Of a DNA stretch of 64,000 bases, positions 37,890 to 48,127 are shown piece by piece. Source of the stretch: a virus; the IMG/VR virus record IMGVR_UViG_3300032046_000016, positions 1 to 64,000 of that record. One strand, given 5' to 3'. The notes under the pieces were generated by a model. It had not been told where the DNA came from and searched no databases. It saw only the letters and a program-made list of their open reading frames with translations. The number at the start of each line of letters is the position of its first letter. The stretch's first letter is position 1. The translations under genes were made by a program, and so were the position numbers.

Positions 37890-38642
37890 CTACGGCACTC
37901 GCTGGAACAGAACGGCGGCATACCGCCAGCGGTGCGCTCGCACCAGGCGGGCCAGCACGATGTCGAGGGGCAGAGTGATCGCGAAAGCGAGCGGCGCCAG
38001 CAGGTGGCGGAACAAGGCCCGGTCCAGGACGTTGACGCCCACGCCACGCTCGACCATGAAGCCGTTACTAGCGAACTCGCACACCAGGGGCGCCAGCTCC
38101 ACAGGTTCCTTATACGGCAGGCCCCGTTGCCAGGGCGGTGACGGCGTCTGCAGATTGTCCAGGACGAGGACGCGGTCGGCCAGGCGGCACATCTCGCTCA
38201 CGACCAGGCGCCAATCGTTCGAGAACGGCAGGCTGGTTATCGCCACGGCCAAGTGCGGCCGCACTTCCCGCAGCCAGGGAATCTCGCTCATAGTCTCGGC
38301 ATCGGCGACGGCGAAGTGGCCGAACGGACCGATCTCTCGCTGGTCTCTAACGTCGCGCAGGTGCTTTCTGAGCTGCGACATGCGGTGCGCCGCTCCTGGC
38401 CAGTCTACGGCGTCTATCCCCCACACCTCGCAGTGGAAGCGCCGCGCCATCCACGCGCTCAGTTTGGCGTCGCCGCACCCAACGTCAAGCACGCGCGGCA
38501 GGCCGGGCAAGCGGGGAAAGATGCGCACCAACGCTGCCTTGCGCACCAGGTCGGCGTAGGCGTCCAGCCAGCGATCACGATAGTGACACGGCGACGAATC
38601 ACCTTGCCGGCGGGACCAGAAGGCTCTATCCCGGAGCGGCAT
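37890..38642 (-). CDS. class I SAM-dependent methyltransferase
   Basis: VLDVGCGDA motif I, VWGID. Confidence 0.85.
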   Translation of the reverse strand: MPLRDRAFWSRRQGDSSPCHYRDRWLDAYADLVRKAALVRIFPRLPGLPRVLDVGCGDAKLSAWMARRFHCEVWGIDAVDWPGAAHRMSQLRKHLRDVRDQREIGPFGHFAVADAETMSEIPWLREVRPHLAVAITSLPFSNDWRLVVSEMCRLADRVLVLDNLQTPSPPWQRGLPYKEPVELAPLVCEFASNGFMVERGVGVNVLDRALFRHLLAPLAFAITLPLDIVLARLVRAHRWRYAAVLFQRVP

Positions 38643-39839
38643 GGCCACCTTCTCGGAACACCACGTCAAACGCCCGCTGCAGGTCGAGGCAGCGCCCTTC
38701 CCGGTGAAAGCGCGCCTTGCCGAGTTTCTCGGCGGCCATCACCGCCGCCATGCGACCCTGTTCCTCGCTAAACGGCTCTGCCCCCGACGACATGACGTGC
38801 TGATCCCCGCATGGGCAACTGAGGCGATACAAGACCACCGGCATCGCACCCGGGTCGTCGGGGTGCGCCATCTCCAGATGTCTCTCCGCTCGTCTGAACC
38901 ACTCAAACCGTCGCTCCTCGACTTTGGCGCCCAGGGCGATGGCTGCCCGCTCGAAGGCCAGGCAGTAGGCGTCGATCTCGTCCAGGTCGCGCGCCGGCAT
39001 CGTCAGCACCTGAGGGGGATCACAAGCCGCTCGGACCAAAGCGGCAACGGCGAGTCGGGGAAGGCGTCGCGGCCCTCGCCACACCACTCGAAGATGTAGA
39101 AGGATGCGGGAGCGTACCCGCGCGGCATTGCCAGGCCGCCCCAATAGCTGTGCCCGGGCACCTTGATCGCCAGGAAGCGCCCTCCCTTCGCCACGACCCG
39201 GAAGCGGTTCTTTCCGCTGATCGTGGACATGCCGGTGTCGAGCCAGAGCTGCTCGTCCTCTTCGACCAGTCGTGCTCCGATGATCATGTGCGAACCCCTA
39301 ACAAATGCGCTCTGTAGCCCCTGGAGCGCCTCGTAGCGCCTTCTAAGCAGAACGGCAGGGTGGGTGGTTTGGGGGTTGCTCCTCATGCCTCGCTAGGTCG
39401 GTATCTTGTGGCGCTGGCCCGTAGAGGCCAGGGCAGCGCGCCGAAGGCCCTCGTCGTAGTCACCGTGGCGACCAGGATAACGCCGGCACTTGGCCTCGCC
39501 TACCGCCGCCAGCATCATGCCCAGGACCGCCGGATGCCACGTCTCCATCTCAGACGCTACTGCGCCTATATCCATCCGGTTAAGGTGCTCGTGGGCTTCC
39601 TAAAGGTCATGACCATTCTACAACTCCGACCACCAGGGCGGTGGCCAACTCGTGCCGGCCAGGGCGTAGTCTAACCTCTCAGACGCCCTCTCTGTTCGGC
39701 GACGCGAGGCGCCGGCGCACTCATGCTCGGCTGCGCAGCCGTCGCAGAGAACGTCGCCGCAGACCGGGCAGGTGGCCGCGTTATCAGACATCATGGTGCG
39801 CTGGCAGCTCTGGCAGGTCTCCGTCTGTGGCTCCGTCAT
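38626..39839 (-). other. cluster of small hypothetical ORFs (38626-39000, 39003-39386, 39393-39575, Zn-finger 39618-39839)
   Basis: Closely packed co-oriented ORFs. Confidence 0.5.
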
Positions 39840-40417
39840 ATCGCCTTCAGCCGCGAGGGAGAGCCCTCGTAGCGGTTCGGGCCTCCCCTGTTCTCCAGGT
39901 GGGCCCCGTCTTCAAACCAGTTGGCAAGGTCGCGGCCCATCGCGCGGCCGCGGTTCGTGTGCATGTCGAGGGCGTAGTCGGGAACCTCAGGGTGCCAGCC
40001 CTCGTTCTTCCGCCCCTCGACGTGCAGCTTGAAGTCGTCGACCTCGCGGTTCTTAGTCGCGCGCGCCAGGTACAGGACCGCGAACGCCAGCAGGTCGCCC
40101 TCGACCACGGGCGACTGCTGGAACTTCTTGATCTGCAGGAACGTGGCCCACAGGCTGCCGACCAGGACGGCGGCGTGAGGGTCGGCCATGCCCACGTCCT
40201 CGCAAGCGATGATGCCCAGCCGCTTCCACACGTAGTTGAAGTAGCCGGACTCCATCATCTCCTGCGCCCAGAAGAGCGCCTCTTCCTCATGGCCGCGCCG
40301 GATCTCCTTCTGGAGCGTCGACACGACCTCGTCGAGCTGATAACCCCGCTTCGTCAGGACCGGCCGCGGATTCGGCGGCATCCCTGGAAGTGGGGCCTGG
40401 TCAGTTGGTCTCGCCAT
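39836..40417 (-). CDS. stand-alone MgsA/RarA C-terminal-like domain protein
   Basis: STLQKEIRRG, WKRL.IIACEDVGMADP, VPDYALDMHT; no AAA+ Walker motifs. Confidence 0.8.
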   Translation of the reverse strand: MARPTDQAPLPGMPPNPRPVLTKRGYQLDEVVSTLQKEIRRGHEEEALFWAQEMMESGYFNYVWKRLGIIACEDVGMADPHAAVLVGSLWATFLQIKKFQQSPVVEGDLLAFAVLYLARATKNREVDDFKLHVEGRKNEGWHPEVPDYALDMHTNRGRAMGRDLANWFEDGAHLENRGGPNRYEGSPSRLKAI

Positions 40418-41273
40418 CTCTGCCTCCAATCGTCTGCATCCGGGTGCGTCTCTTCTTCAGGTCTCGCCGCAGGGCGGCGAAGCCGCGGATCACATACCCT
40501 ATCTTCTCGTCAGCCACGTCCAGCTCGTGGGCCAGCGCCTCACCAAGGACGCCCTCACCGGCGGCCTGTGCCTTGTCGAGGGCGGTCACGGCTCGATCGA
40601 GCGCGGCCCGCCAGGCAGCGGCGGCCTTGATCGCCTCCGGCGTGAGCTTGGTCTCGGGAAACATCTGGCCCTGCGTCTCCTCGGCATAGATCACGCCAGC
40701 CATGGCCGCGACCTGGTCGGTGTCCATGGCGGTGGTGGCGAGCTGGCGCGCCGCCCGTAGCTGGCCGTTCAGAGACAACTTCGCCAGATACCAGCCGGCC
40801 GTGGGCGCGAGCTGGCCTCTGGCAATCAGGTGCTGGAGCTCCGGGCGCAGTTGCAGCAGCTCGATGCGCCACGTGACCTGGCTCGGCGGGAGGCCGGCTA
40901 TGATGCCGATATCGCTGGTCGAGAAGCCGCGCTCCTGGAGTGCTGCCAGCGCCTTGGCCTCTTCCATCGGGTTCAGATCCTCGCGGGCCGCGTTCTCGGC
41001 CACCGCCATCACCAGGGCACGGTCGTCATCCGTCTCTGCGACCACGGCCTCGAGGTCGGGCCACTGCAGTTTCTGAGCGGCCCGCCAACGGCGCTCGCCG
41101 GCGACGATCTGATAGCCGCCGTTCACCGGTCTCACGACGATGGGCTGGAGCTGGCCGACCTCCCGCATATTCGCGGCCAGGTCCGCCAGGGCGCCCTCGT
41201 CGAAGGTCTGCCGAGGTTGCGAGCCGTTAGGTCGAAGCTGGTCAAGGGGGATGCGGACGATGAACCGTCCCAC
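40401..41273 (-). CDS. ParB/Spo0J family protein
   Basis: QPRQTFD, GQLQPIVV, IVAGERRWRAA, ENAAREDLNPMEEA plus HTH. Confidence 0.92.
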   Translation of the reverse strand: MGRFIVRIPLDQLRPNGSQPRQTFDEGALADLAANMREVGQLQPIVVRPVNGGYQIVAGERRWRAAQKLQWPDLEAVVAETDDDRALVMAVAENAAREDLNPMEEAKALAALQERGFSTSDIGIIAGLPPSQVTWRIELLQLRPELQHLIARGQLAPTAGWYLAKLSLNGQLRAARQLATTAMDTDQVAAMAGVIYAEETQGQMFPETKLTPEAIKAAAAWRAALDRAVTALDKAQAAGEGVLGEALAHELDVADEKIGYVIRGFAALRRDLKKRRTRMQTIGGRDGETN

Positions 41274-41299
41274 GGTGCCCTCCTGTTGTCCGTGAGTAT

Positions 41300-41328
41300 A
41301 GTGTAGCACCCGACATCGCTGACGGCAA
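41300..41328 (-). promoter_or_regulatory. promoter
   Basis: TTGCCG-17-TACACT with TG extension, then ACAACAGGAGGGCACC-GTG. Confidence 0.6.
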
Positions 41329-41336
41329 ATTACTCG

Positions 41337-43210
41337 TCAGCGAGTGCCTCGGCCAGCCATGTCCCGGCAAAGCGGGCACTTGGCTACGTGGGTCGTGTGG
41401 CTAGCCGTGTAGAAGTGCTCTAGGGCTTGCTGCACCTCGGCCAGAGTGGAGGCCTTGACCGGCCTGCCGTCTCCAGTCGAGATATGGTAGCTGATCCCAT
41501 CATGATCGACCCTGAACATGGCTCCCTTCTCCTATCTGCAGCGCCTCGAACGCTGCCACCGCCTCGGGCTTCAGGTACTCGCGGACGCACGGCCCGCAGA
41601 TCGGCACCGTCCTACGTCCGGCGCGGAGGCCAGCGTAGGCGGCGCCACCGCAGATCGCACAGGGCGAAGGCGCCCGCAGAAGCTCAGCCTTCGGTTTCCC
41701 TGCCATCAGCGCATCCTCTCGTCCCAGCAGCCGTCGCACACGGGCCGGTTGTCGCGGTCCCGGTGGAAGTCCTTGCCGGCAGCCATGCCGCAGATCGAGC
41801 AGGTCACCTGGTGCAGCTCACAGGGCTCCACGAAGGGGCGTCCGCCTATTCTCTCGACCACCTTGCACCCGCACATGGCCTCGGCCAGTACCCTCTCCCC
41901 GGGCTCCTTCTCGAAGAGGTCCACCGGCACGTCCCATATCTCCAGGCAAGTCTCGTTCGTGCAGGCGAGCCGGCCGGGCACTCCAGGCGGGCGAACCTCG
42001 TCGGGTGTGTCGTACAGGTAGTCGCCGAGCTCGCCGTCAATCACCGGAAAGGAGTGGTAGCGTAAGCACGGCTCCATGAACTCCAACGAAGTGCGGCCGC
42101 ACTTCGGGCAACGCAGCCCTTCTAGCCACGGCTTCATCGTCACGCCTCCTCTCGCCGAATGGACCGCGCCACCTCGCGGGGAAACTTGAACGTCTTCCCA
42201 TCCGCTACCCGCTCGGCCAGGATGGGATACGACGGCGCATTCGGATTGATCCCCGTCAACCGGAATCTCTCGCCCCGCCAGGTGAACTCGCGGCCCAGGT
42301 CGCCAGGGTATAAGCCGTATGCCGTCGCGTACCGACCGAAGTCGCGGGCCTCGCGGGTGGCGGCCATACCGTCTTCGTCAATTTCCGCGACCTCTACAGT
42401 GAAGCGAGCGAAGCCGGAGTCAGCGGAAGGGTCGAAGGTCCCGCCAGCTATCCGGGCCCTGACGTTGAACTCCCCCTCCAGCGGCGCCAGGAGCTCCTCG
42501 ACCCGTTTCGAGATCGTCCGCGCCTTAGCCTTGTCCATCGTCCTCGCTTCTCCTTCTTAATCGTCCAGACGTCTGGACATTCCGGCTCACATCTCTTCCA
42601 CCGGCAGCTCGGGATCTACTTGCCAGCTGCCTTCCACAACCTCGCTCTGGCCGGCACCAGGCAGGGCGGTGTCGGAACCGAGGGCGATGGTCTTCGCTTG
42701 CTCCGCGTCCTCGGCATCAACCTCCACAGTGCCCGACATCTGCCAGAGCAGAGGCACCCTAAACGTCGGCATCACGCACCCTCCTAACCGCCGCCGGCCG
42801 CTGCTGCTGCTGCCACGATCAGGACAATGAGCCCCGGCACCAACGCCGCGACGCCCACTCCCAGCATGAACCCGAACCCGATGATGAACGCCCGCCCCAG
42901 CGTCACCTGGAGCTGTATCCCGCGTCTGCCCGCCCCCGTAATCTCCACTGTCCTGCCTCTTTCTCGCTACCGCAGCGGCCACTTCTGGGCAACAAGGACA
43001 ACCCTCGCCTGCCCGGAATCGTTGCCGCTCCTCGTCGGTCATGTCGCCGTGCTCCACGCCGTAGGCGTCCCATGGCTCGCCGCAGCGATTGCACACCAGG
43101 TCGCCATCGAACCGGACCGGGCGACCCAGCTCCCGTGCTCTCTTCCCGGCTTCCACAAGCGTTGTCATTGCTCGGCCTTCTGCCTCGGGGGCGGAACGTC
43201 CTGGTGGCAT
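41337..43210 (-). other. cluster of small hypothetical ORFs, several Cys-rich (41337-41519, 41500-41739, 41706-42143, 42140-42538, 42587-43210)
   Basis: Coupled ORFs with CxxC pairs. Confidence 0.5.
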
Positions 43211-43260
43211 GGGGCAATTTCCGTTCCCGCCCCCAGGCGCAGCGGGCCGAGCGACCCGCC

Positions 43261-44466
43261 TTAGCGCACTCTCACGGGCACCAACTCCTTGGCGCCCAGC
43301 TCCAGAATGACGTTGCCGGCCCGCTCGTATTCGATTCTCCTGTCGTACTCGTCGTCGAAAGCCTTCCCTCGAGCGGTCACCGCCTGCACGAGGCCGTACA
43401 GATTACGGCCTGGATCGACCTCCCTGGTGGGAGCGACGAACTCGTTAAGGATCGCCTCGCGGTCGGCGTCGCTCCAGCCGAACCGCTCTACCACGGCATC
43501 GACCGCCTTCACCGGCTCGTCGATCTTCTCCTCCTGCGCTCCGCGCAGGCGAGCGACCATCTTCTGGAAGCGCTCGCGGTCGAAGCCGGCCTCGATGACG
43601 TCGCGCACCTTGCTCCACGTCGCCTTGGCCTCAAGGGACAGCGTCTCGGTGCTCCAATCGATCAGGCCGTCGCCCTTGCGACTGCCGACGTGAACCTCGG
43701 CTATGCCGGTCTCGCCGACCAGCCGGTTGTCGCAGACGACGCTGAAGACCAGCAGCTCGGCGCGCAGGCTTCCCAGGCCGACCTCGCTGTTGCTGACGAT
43801 GACACCTGGAACGAGGATGTCGTCGCCTCGGCGGTAGTGCCCGCCTAGGTCGCCAGGCGGTGCGGCGTCGCGGCGGACATCGAACCTCTCGCCTCCCACG
43901 TGGCTGGGCTCCAGGACCTCCTGCCAGCCTTGGTGCAGCGCCTGCAGGTAGAAGCGCTCCTCGGTCAGGTCGGCCCTCACGATCTCGGCGCCGACTCGCT
44001 GCACCACATCGATCGCCTGGTAGAAGAGGTCGACGTTGTCGAGGGCTCTGTACCACTCGCTGAGAAAGGCGCGCGCTCTGCCGCCTAGCGTGCGGACCAT
44101 GAAGCGGCGCTCGCCGGACCGCTGCAGCCAGCTATTCACGTTGACGGCCAGGAGCCCAGGAATCTCGGCGGCGCAACGCTGATAGTAAGCCCCAGGAATC
44201 TGCAGCTTCTCGGCTATCTGGCGGTGGGCCACCGGCCCCACGTCAAAGGTGGGCGACGCGCCACCGATCCCGGCGCCCTGGAAGCTCAGCCGCGGCACCA
44301 TTCGCGGAGCCCCTCCGTCTGCCGGCGGCCCTTCCATGGCCACCATCACCAGCTTGTCAGCCAGCACCACGAAGTCCTGCTTCGTGTGGGCCTGCTGATC
44401 CAGCTCCCTGACCAGGTCGGCGATCGCCTCTTTGGTCAGTGCCTTCCTGTGAAACTCGTCGATCAT
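43261..44466 (-). CDS. DUF932-like protein
   Basis: RAFLSEWYRALDN, VSNSEVGLGS, VCDNRL, H.G, YGLVQAVT motifs. Confidence 0.7.
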   Translation of the reverse strand: MIDEFHRKALTKEAIADLVRELDQQAHTKQDFVVLADKLVMVAMEGPPADGGAPRMVPRLSFQGAGIGGASPTFDVGPVAHRQIAEKLQIPGAYYQRCAAEIPGLLAVNVNSWLQRSGERRFMVRTLGGRARAFLSEWYRALDNVDLFYQAIDVVQRVGAEIVRADLTEERFYLQALHQGWQEVLEPSHVGGERFDVRRDAAPPGDLGGHYRRGDDILVPGVIVSNSEVGLGSLRAELLVFSVVCDNRLVGETGIAEVHVGSRKGDGLIDWSTETLSLEAKATWSKVRDVIEAGFDRERFQKMVARLRGAQEEKIDEPVKAVDAVVERFGWSDADREAILNEFVAPTREVDPGRNLYGLVQAVTARGKAFDDEYDRRIEYERAGNVILELGAKELVPVRVR

Positions 44467-44521
44467 GTCACCTTCCTTCCCCAGCCGGTATATCACCGGC
44501 TACTATGCTACCCGCCAATCT

Positions 44522-45382
44522 TTACCGGCCAATCATTCTGACGGGAACGAACTCGCACTCCTCCGGCAACTTGTCATCGCGCAGCCTCAAGAGCTGCGGG
44601 TGCCGAAGGGCGCCACTGGTGGGGCTCTGGCCATACGCCTTGACCACGCCGACCTTGCCGATGTAGGAGGCGAGCTGCTCGGGCGGGCCGGTGATGCCGA
44701 GCGAGCTCACCACGACCAATCGACCGTCAACGTAGAACCCGTAGCGCAGGTTCCGGTAGCCCAGCTTCTTCCGGTCCTCGGAAGTCGGCAGGCCCTCCAT
44801 GTCTACGATCACGACGTCGAACTCCTGGGTTCGCTTCACCTTCAGCCAGTCCCAGGAGCGCTTGCCGGCCTGGTAGGTCGAGGCCCGTCGCTTGAGCATC
44901 ACGCCCTCGATCCCGTTGTTCATGAGGCACTCGGCCTCGTCCAGGTCAGGCACTCCGAGTACCCGCGACGCCTGCACCAGCAGCGGCTGGTTGGCTTCCC
45001 CTACGATCATCTCGACCACTTGCCGGCGCGTGTCGAGGGGCTGGCTCTGCAGGTCGTGGCCTCCAAGCCGCGGCACGTCGAAGACGACATACCGCAGCGC
45101 CCGGCGCCAGTCGCCGCTGGCATACGCGGACGCCTCGCCCACAGGAACCATCTCGCCGTCGAGGATGGTCCCGGCGGGCAGCACCATGGCGTCGAGCCAG
45201 GCGTGCTCGCCGGTGTGCTCCATCCCCGAGCGGGCGTATTGCCTGGGGCGGTCGGCCATCACCCACACGAGGCGAAAGCCGTCGTACTTGACCTCCATCG
45301 TCCAGCTATCGTCGCCCCAGGGAACCCGTGGCGCCTTCTCCGCCTGCTGCGCGAGCATCGGTCGGAGCGGCAGTCCTGTCAT
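44522..45382 (-). CDS. ATP-dependent DNA ligase (LigC/LigD-ligase-like)
   Basis: PMLA, EVKYDGFR, ILDGEM, YVVFDV, EGVMLK, WLKVK, LRHP.L.RLRDDK. Confidence 0.93.
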   Translation of the reverse strand: MTGLPLRPMLAQQAEKAPRVPWGDDSWTMEVKYDGFRLVWVMADRPRQYARSGMEHTGEHAWLDAMVLPAGTILDGEMVPVGEASAYASGDWRRALRYVVFDVPRLGGHDLQSQPLDTRRQVVEMIVGEANQPLLVQASRVLGVPDLDEAECLMNNGIEGVMLKRRASTYQAGKRSWDWLKVKRTQEFDVVIVDMEGLPTSEDRKKLGYRNLRYGFYVDGRLVVVSSLGITGPPEQLASYIGKVGVVKAYGQSPTSGALRHPQLLRLRDDKLPEECEFVPVRMIGR

Positions 45383-46185
45383 GCGGCTTTCGCCTTCGCC
45401 TGTTGGACGCTCGCGGTCAGGACGCTCATCAGGTCGGCCTCGGCCGTCTCTTCCCGAGCAGCCACCTTGGTGGGCATCGGCTGGCCCATCAACTTGGCGT
45501 CGATCAGGGCGGTCAGGGCCTCACGATACTCGTCCTGCAGACCGTCTATCACATCGCCGTCCTGGGACAAGGCGCCAATAAGCTGCTCGGCAAGCTGTGT
45601 CTCCGCATCGCTGACAGCCACTTGCTCGACCAGGGAATCCAGCTCCGCGACGTTCGCCGCCTCGTCCGCCCAAAAGAGCAGGGAGACGGCCAGGAGCCGG
45701 CCTGCGGGCTCCACCACGCATAGGCTTTCCTTGCCCGTGCCGAAGGCCACCTTGCCCAGGCCCAGGAGCTTCGACCGCGCCATGGCGTCTCGGAGCAGGG
45801 CGAAGGGCTTCTGGCCAGCCTTACCGTTCGCTCCGGGCACCGCGAAGTAGGTCTTCTCGCGCCGCCCGATGGGAACTGAGTCGGCAGGGACGAAGGCGGT
45901 GAGATCGAGGCCGGCACCGCTGGCCAGCGGCAGGGCCTCCAGCTCTTCCGGCTCGAACAAGACCATCTGCTCCTTCGAGACCGGATAGCCCTTGATGATT
46001 TCCGTCTTGTCGGTGATCTCGCGGTCACAGGTCCGGCAGACCGTCGCGGAGTTTACTCGCTGGCCGCAGGGGCGGTGCACCATGTGGAACTTGGCGTCGT
46101 TATCGCGACCAGCTCCATACAGCTTCACCGGCACCGTGACCAGCCCAAACGTGATGGGCAGCGACCGCGTCGCTCTCATGGTCAT
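45379..46185 (-). CDS. ku: Ku DNA end-binding protein
   Basis: ITFGLVTVPVKLY, FHMVH..CG.RV, EIIKGY, DEYREAL..LIDAK, DLMSVL.AS. Confidence 0.95.
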   Translation of the reverse strand: MTMRATRSLPITFGLVTVPVKLYGAGRDNDAKFHMVHRPCGQRVNSATVCRTCDREITDKTEIIKGYPVSKEQMVLFEPEELEALPLASGAGLDLTAFVPADSVPIGRREKTYFAVPGANGKAGQKPFALLRDAMARSKLLGLGKVAFGTGKESLCVVEPAGRLLAVSLLFWADEAANVAELDSLVEQVAVSDAETQLAEQLIGALSQDGDVIDGLQDEYREALTALIDAKLMGQPMPTKVAAREETAEADLMSVLTASVQQAKAKAA

Positions 46186-46403
46186 GGCTTACCTCTCGTT
46201 CGATAGGCGACCTTCCTTGTCGATCTCTTCCTCGTGCCGATCAGACAGTCCGCTGGCGCCTCGCTGATTCGGACGGGCAAGCGGCCTGGCACTAGCTGAT
46301 ACGGCTCGACTACCGGACAGCCAGGGCAAGACCGGCACAGACAAACGGGACATGGCGTAGCAGATACAAGCAAACTCGGTGCCCTCCTGTTGTCGTTAAG
46401 TAA

Positions 46404-46432
46404 AGTGTAGCAGAGTGGTACAGCGTCGTCAA
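46404..46432 (-). promoter_or_regulatory. promoter upstream of ku-ligase
   Basis: TTGACG-17-TACACT, then ACAACAGGAGGGCACC. Confidence 0.65.
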
Positions 46433-46449
46433 TAGGTTCGGGAGCGAGC

Positions 46450-48108
46450 CTACTGACTGGTTGCGCCTTTCCTTCTGCTCTTTCCCTTCTTCTCCTTCGC
46501 CGCCTCGACGCTGGCCTGGAGCTGCTCGGCCAGGGTAGGCCCGAACAGCAGCTCCAGGGTGCCGGCCAGACGGTTCGGCATCCATCGCCGGTCATAGGTC
46601 TCGTAGGCGCGATCCAGGTTCCTCACGATCATCAGGGCATGGACGTGGAGCAACGCCTCCTCGCCAAGCGCCTTGAGAGCGTGAATGACCGAGTCGCTCG
46701 TGCCGCCGAAGGGCGGGAGGTTGATCGCCAGCTCCCGCAGGACCTCATCGACGTTGTACTCAAGATGCGCCTCCTGCTTGACCCCATCGCGCCGCACGAG
46801 GAGCGCGGCCAGGAGCAGGAGCCTGTCGCCGGCCAGCCTATCCATCGCCGCCCTAGCGGAGAGCCCCAGCTCGCCCTGCGCCTCCTCGATTTGCTGCTTG
46901 CGGGTCTGATCCTTCACATCCTGGGCGCTGCGGCCCTCCCGCTGCTTCTTCTTCCGGCACTTGGCGTTCATGCAGAGGATCGTGACCCGTCGCTCGCCGC
47001 CATACATGTAGCGCGCCGGCGGCGTGACCAGGAGCGCCCTACCGGGCCCCTTGCCGCACCAGGCGGGACAGGCTCGGCAGCCGTCCTTGTCGGCCACCTG
47101 GGAGATATGGTCATCCCACTTAAGCGCCTCGCCCTTGTCGTCGTAGCTCCCCCGCGACATGCTCACCGGCAGGGATGGGAAGCCCTCGACCTCGCCAACC
47201 TCGACTCGGTATCCGGGCTGGAGACCATGCAGGTCGTAGAAGACGGGGAACGTGTCGTCGACGCCTTGCTTCTTCCCGGGCCCGGCGACGTACTCGGCCA
47301 CCTTCTCGACCATCTCTTCGCGGTGGACGTCCACCACGCTGGCCACGTAGTTGGTCGGGCTCGTGCAGACCGGTCTGCCATCAGGGGCCGTGCCAAGGCA
47401 GCCCTTCTCCGCGCAGATTTCCTTCCAGGCGAACGGCGTCTGATCGTCCAGTCTCACCGTTCGCTGCTCGAAGGCTTGCTCGACCATGCGGCCCACACTC
47501 TCATCGGTCACTTCGCCGGTGGCAGCGGCGATCGACCGAAGGCCATCGGGCACCAGCCCGAGCTGCTTCAGCGGCTCCAGGATAACGGCCTGGGCCGGCG
47601 TGACCGCCCGCTCCCTGAGAGCGACCTGCAGCTCGTCGGAGAGCTGGAGCAACAGCAGCCGCTCGCTGATGTAGCTCCGCGACCGGCCTACGGCCTCGGC
47701 TAGGCGCTTCTGCGTCCAGCCGAGCGTCTCCAGGGCCGTCTGAAACTGCAGCGCCTCCTCCAACGGGTGCAGGGAGGCGCGCTTCAGGTTCTCCGTCAGG
47801 GCCACCCGCAGGGCGTCCCCGTCGTCCACCTCGACCACCTGGACGGCCACCTGCTCCCAGGCCAGGCGTCGAGCCGCCTCAAGGCGACGGTGGCCGCACA
47901 CCACCTGATAGCGCCCATCGATCGGCCGGACCTTGATGGGGTACAGGAGCCCGTCGCGCCGCATGGACTCGACCAGCTCCTCCATCGCCCCCTCGTCGGC
48001 CACGACCCGGCTGGTGTGTGGCGAGGGGTCTATCGCTTCGACGGCCACCAGGCCCTCGAAGGTCGGGGCTGGCAAGGGCCCCATTTCCTCGGTCTTGGCT
48101 TTCGCCAT
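46450..48108 (-). CDS. long ParB family protein with Cys-rich C-terminal extension
   Basis: GLLYPIKV, VVCGHRRLEAA, ENLKRASLHPLEEA, HTH WTQKRLAEAVGRSRSYIS, several CxxC-like motifs. Confidence 0.88.
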   Translation of the reverse strand: MAKAKTEEMGPLPAPTFEGLVAVEAIDPSPHTSRVVADEGAMEELVESMRRDGLLYPIKVRPIDGRYQVVCGHRRLEAARRLAWEQVAVQVVEVDDGDALRVALTENLKRASLHPLEEALQFQTALETLGWTQKRLAEAVGRSRSYISERLLLLQLSDELQVALRERAVTPAQAVILEPLKQLGLVPDGLRSIAAATGEVTDESVGRMVEQAFEQRTVRLDDQTPFAWKEICAEKGCLGTAPDGRPVCTSPTNYVASVVDVHREEMVEKVAEYVAGPGKKQGVDDTFPVFYDLHGLQPGYRVEVGEVEGFPSLPVSMSRGSYDDKGEALKWDDHISQVADKDGCRACPAWCGKGPGRALLVTPPARYMYGGERRVTILCMNAKCRKKKQREGRSAQDVKDQTRKQQIEEAQGELGLSARAAMDRLAGDRLLLLAALLVRRDGVKQEAHLEYNVDEVLRELAINLPPFGGTSDSVIHALKALGEEALLHVHALMIVRNLDRAYETYDRRWMPNRLAGTLELLFGPTLAEQLQASVEAAKEKKGKSRRKGATSQ

Positions 48109-48127
48109 ACTCCTCTCCTTCTGCCCG

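Noticed and set aside
34346-38642. Host O-antigen/capsule locus interrupting the phage
   Set aside because: No flippase, polymerase or manB/manC; genes are translationally coupled into the terminase operon.
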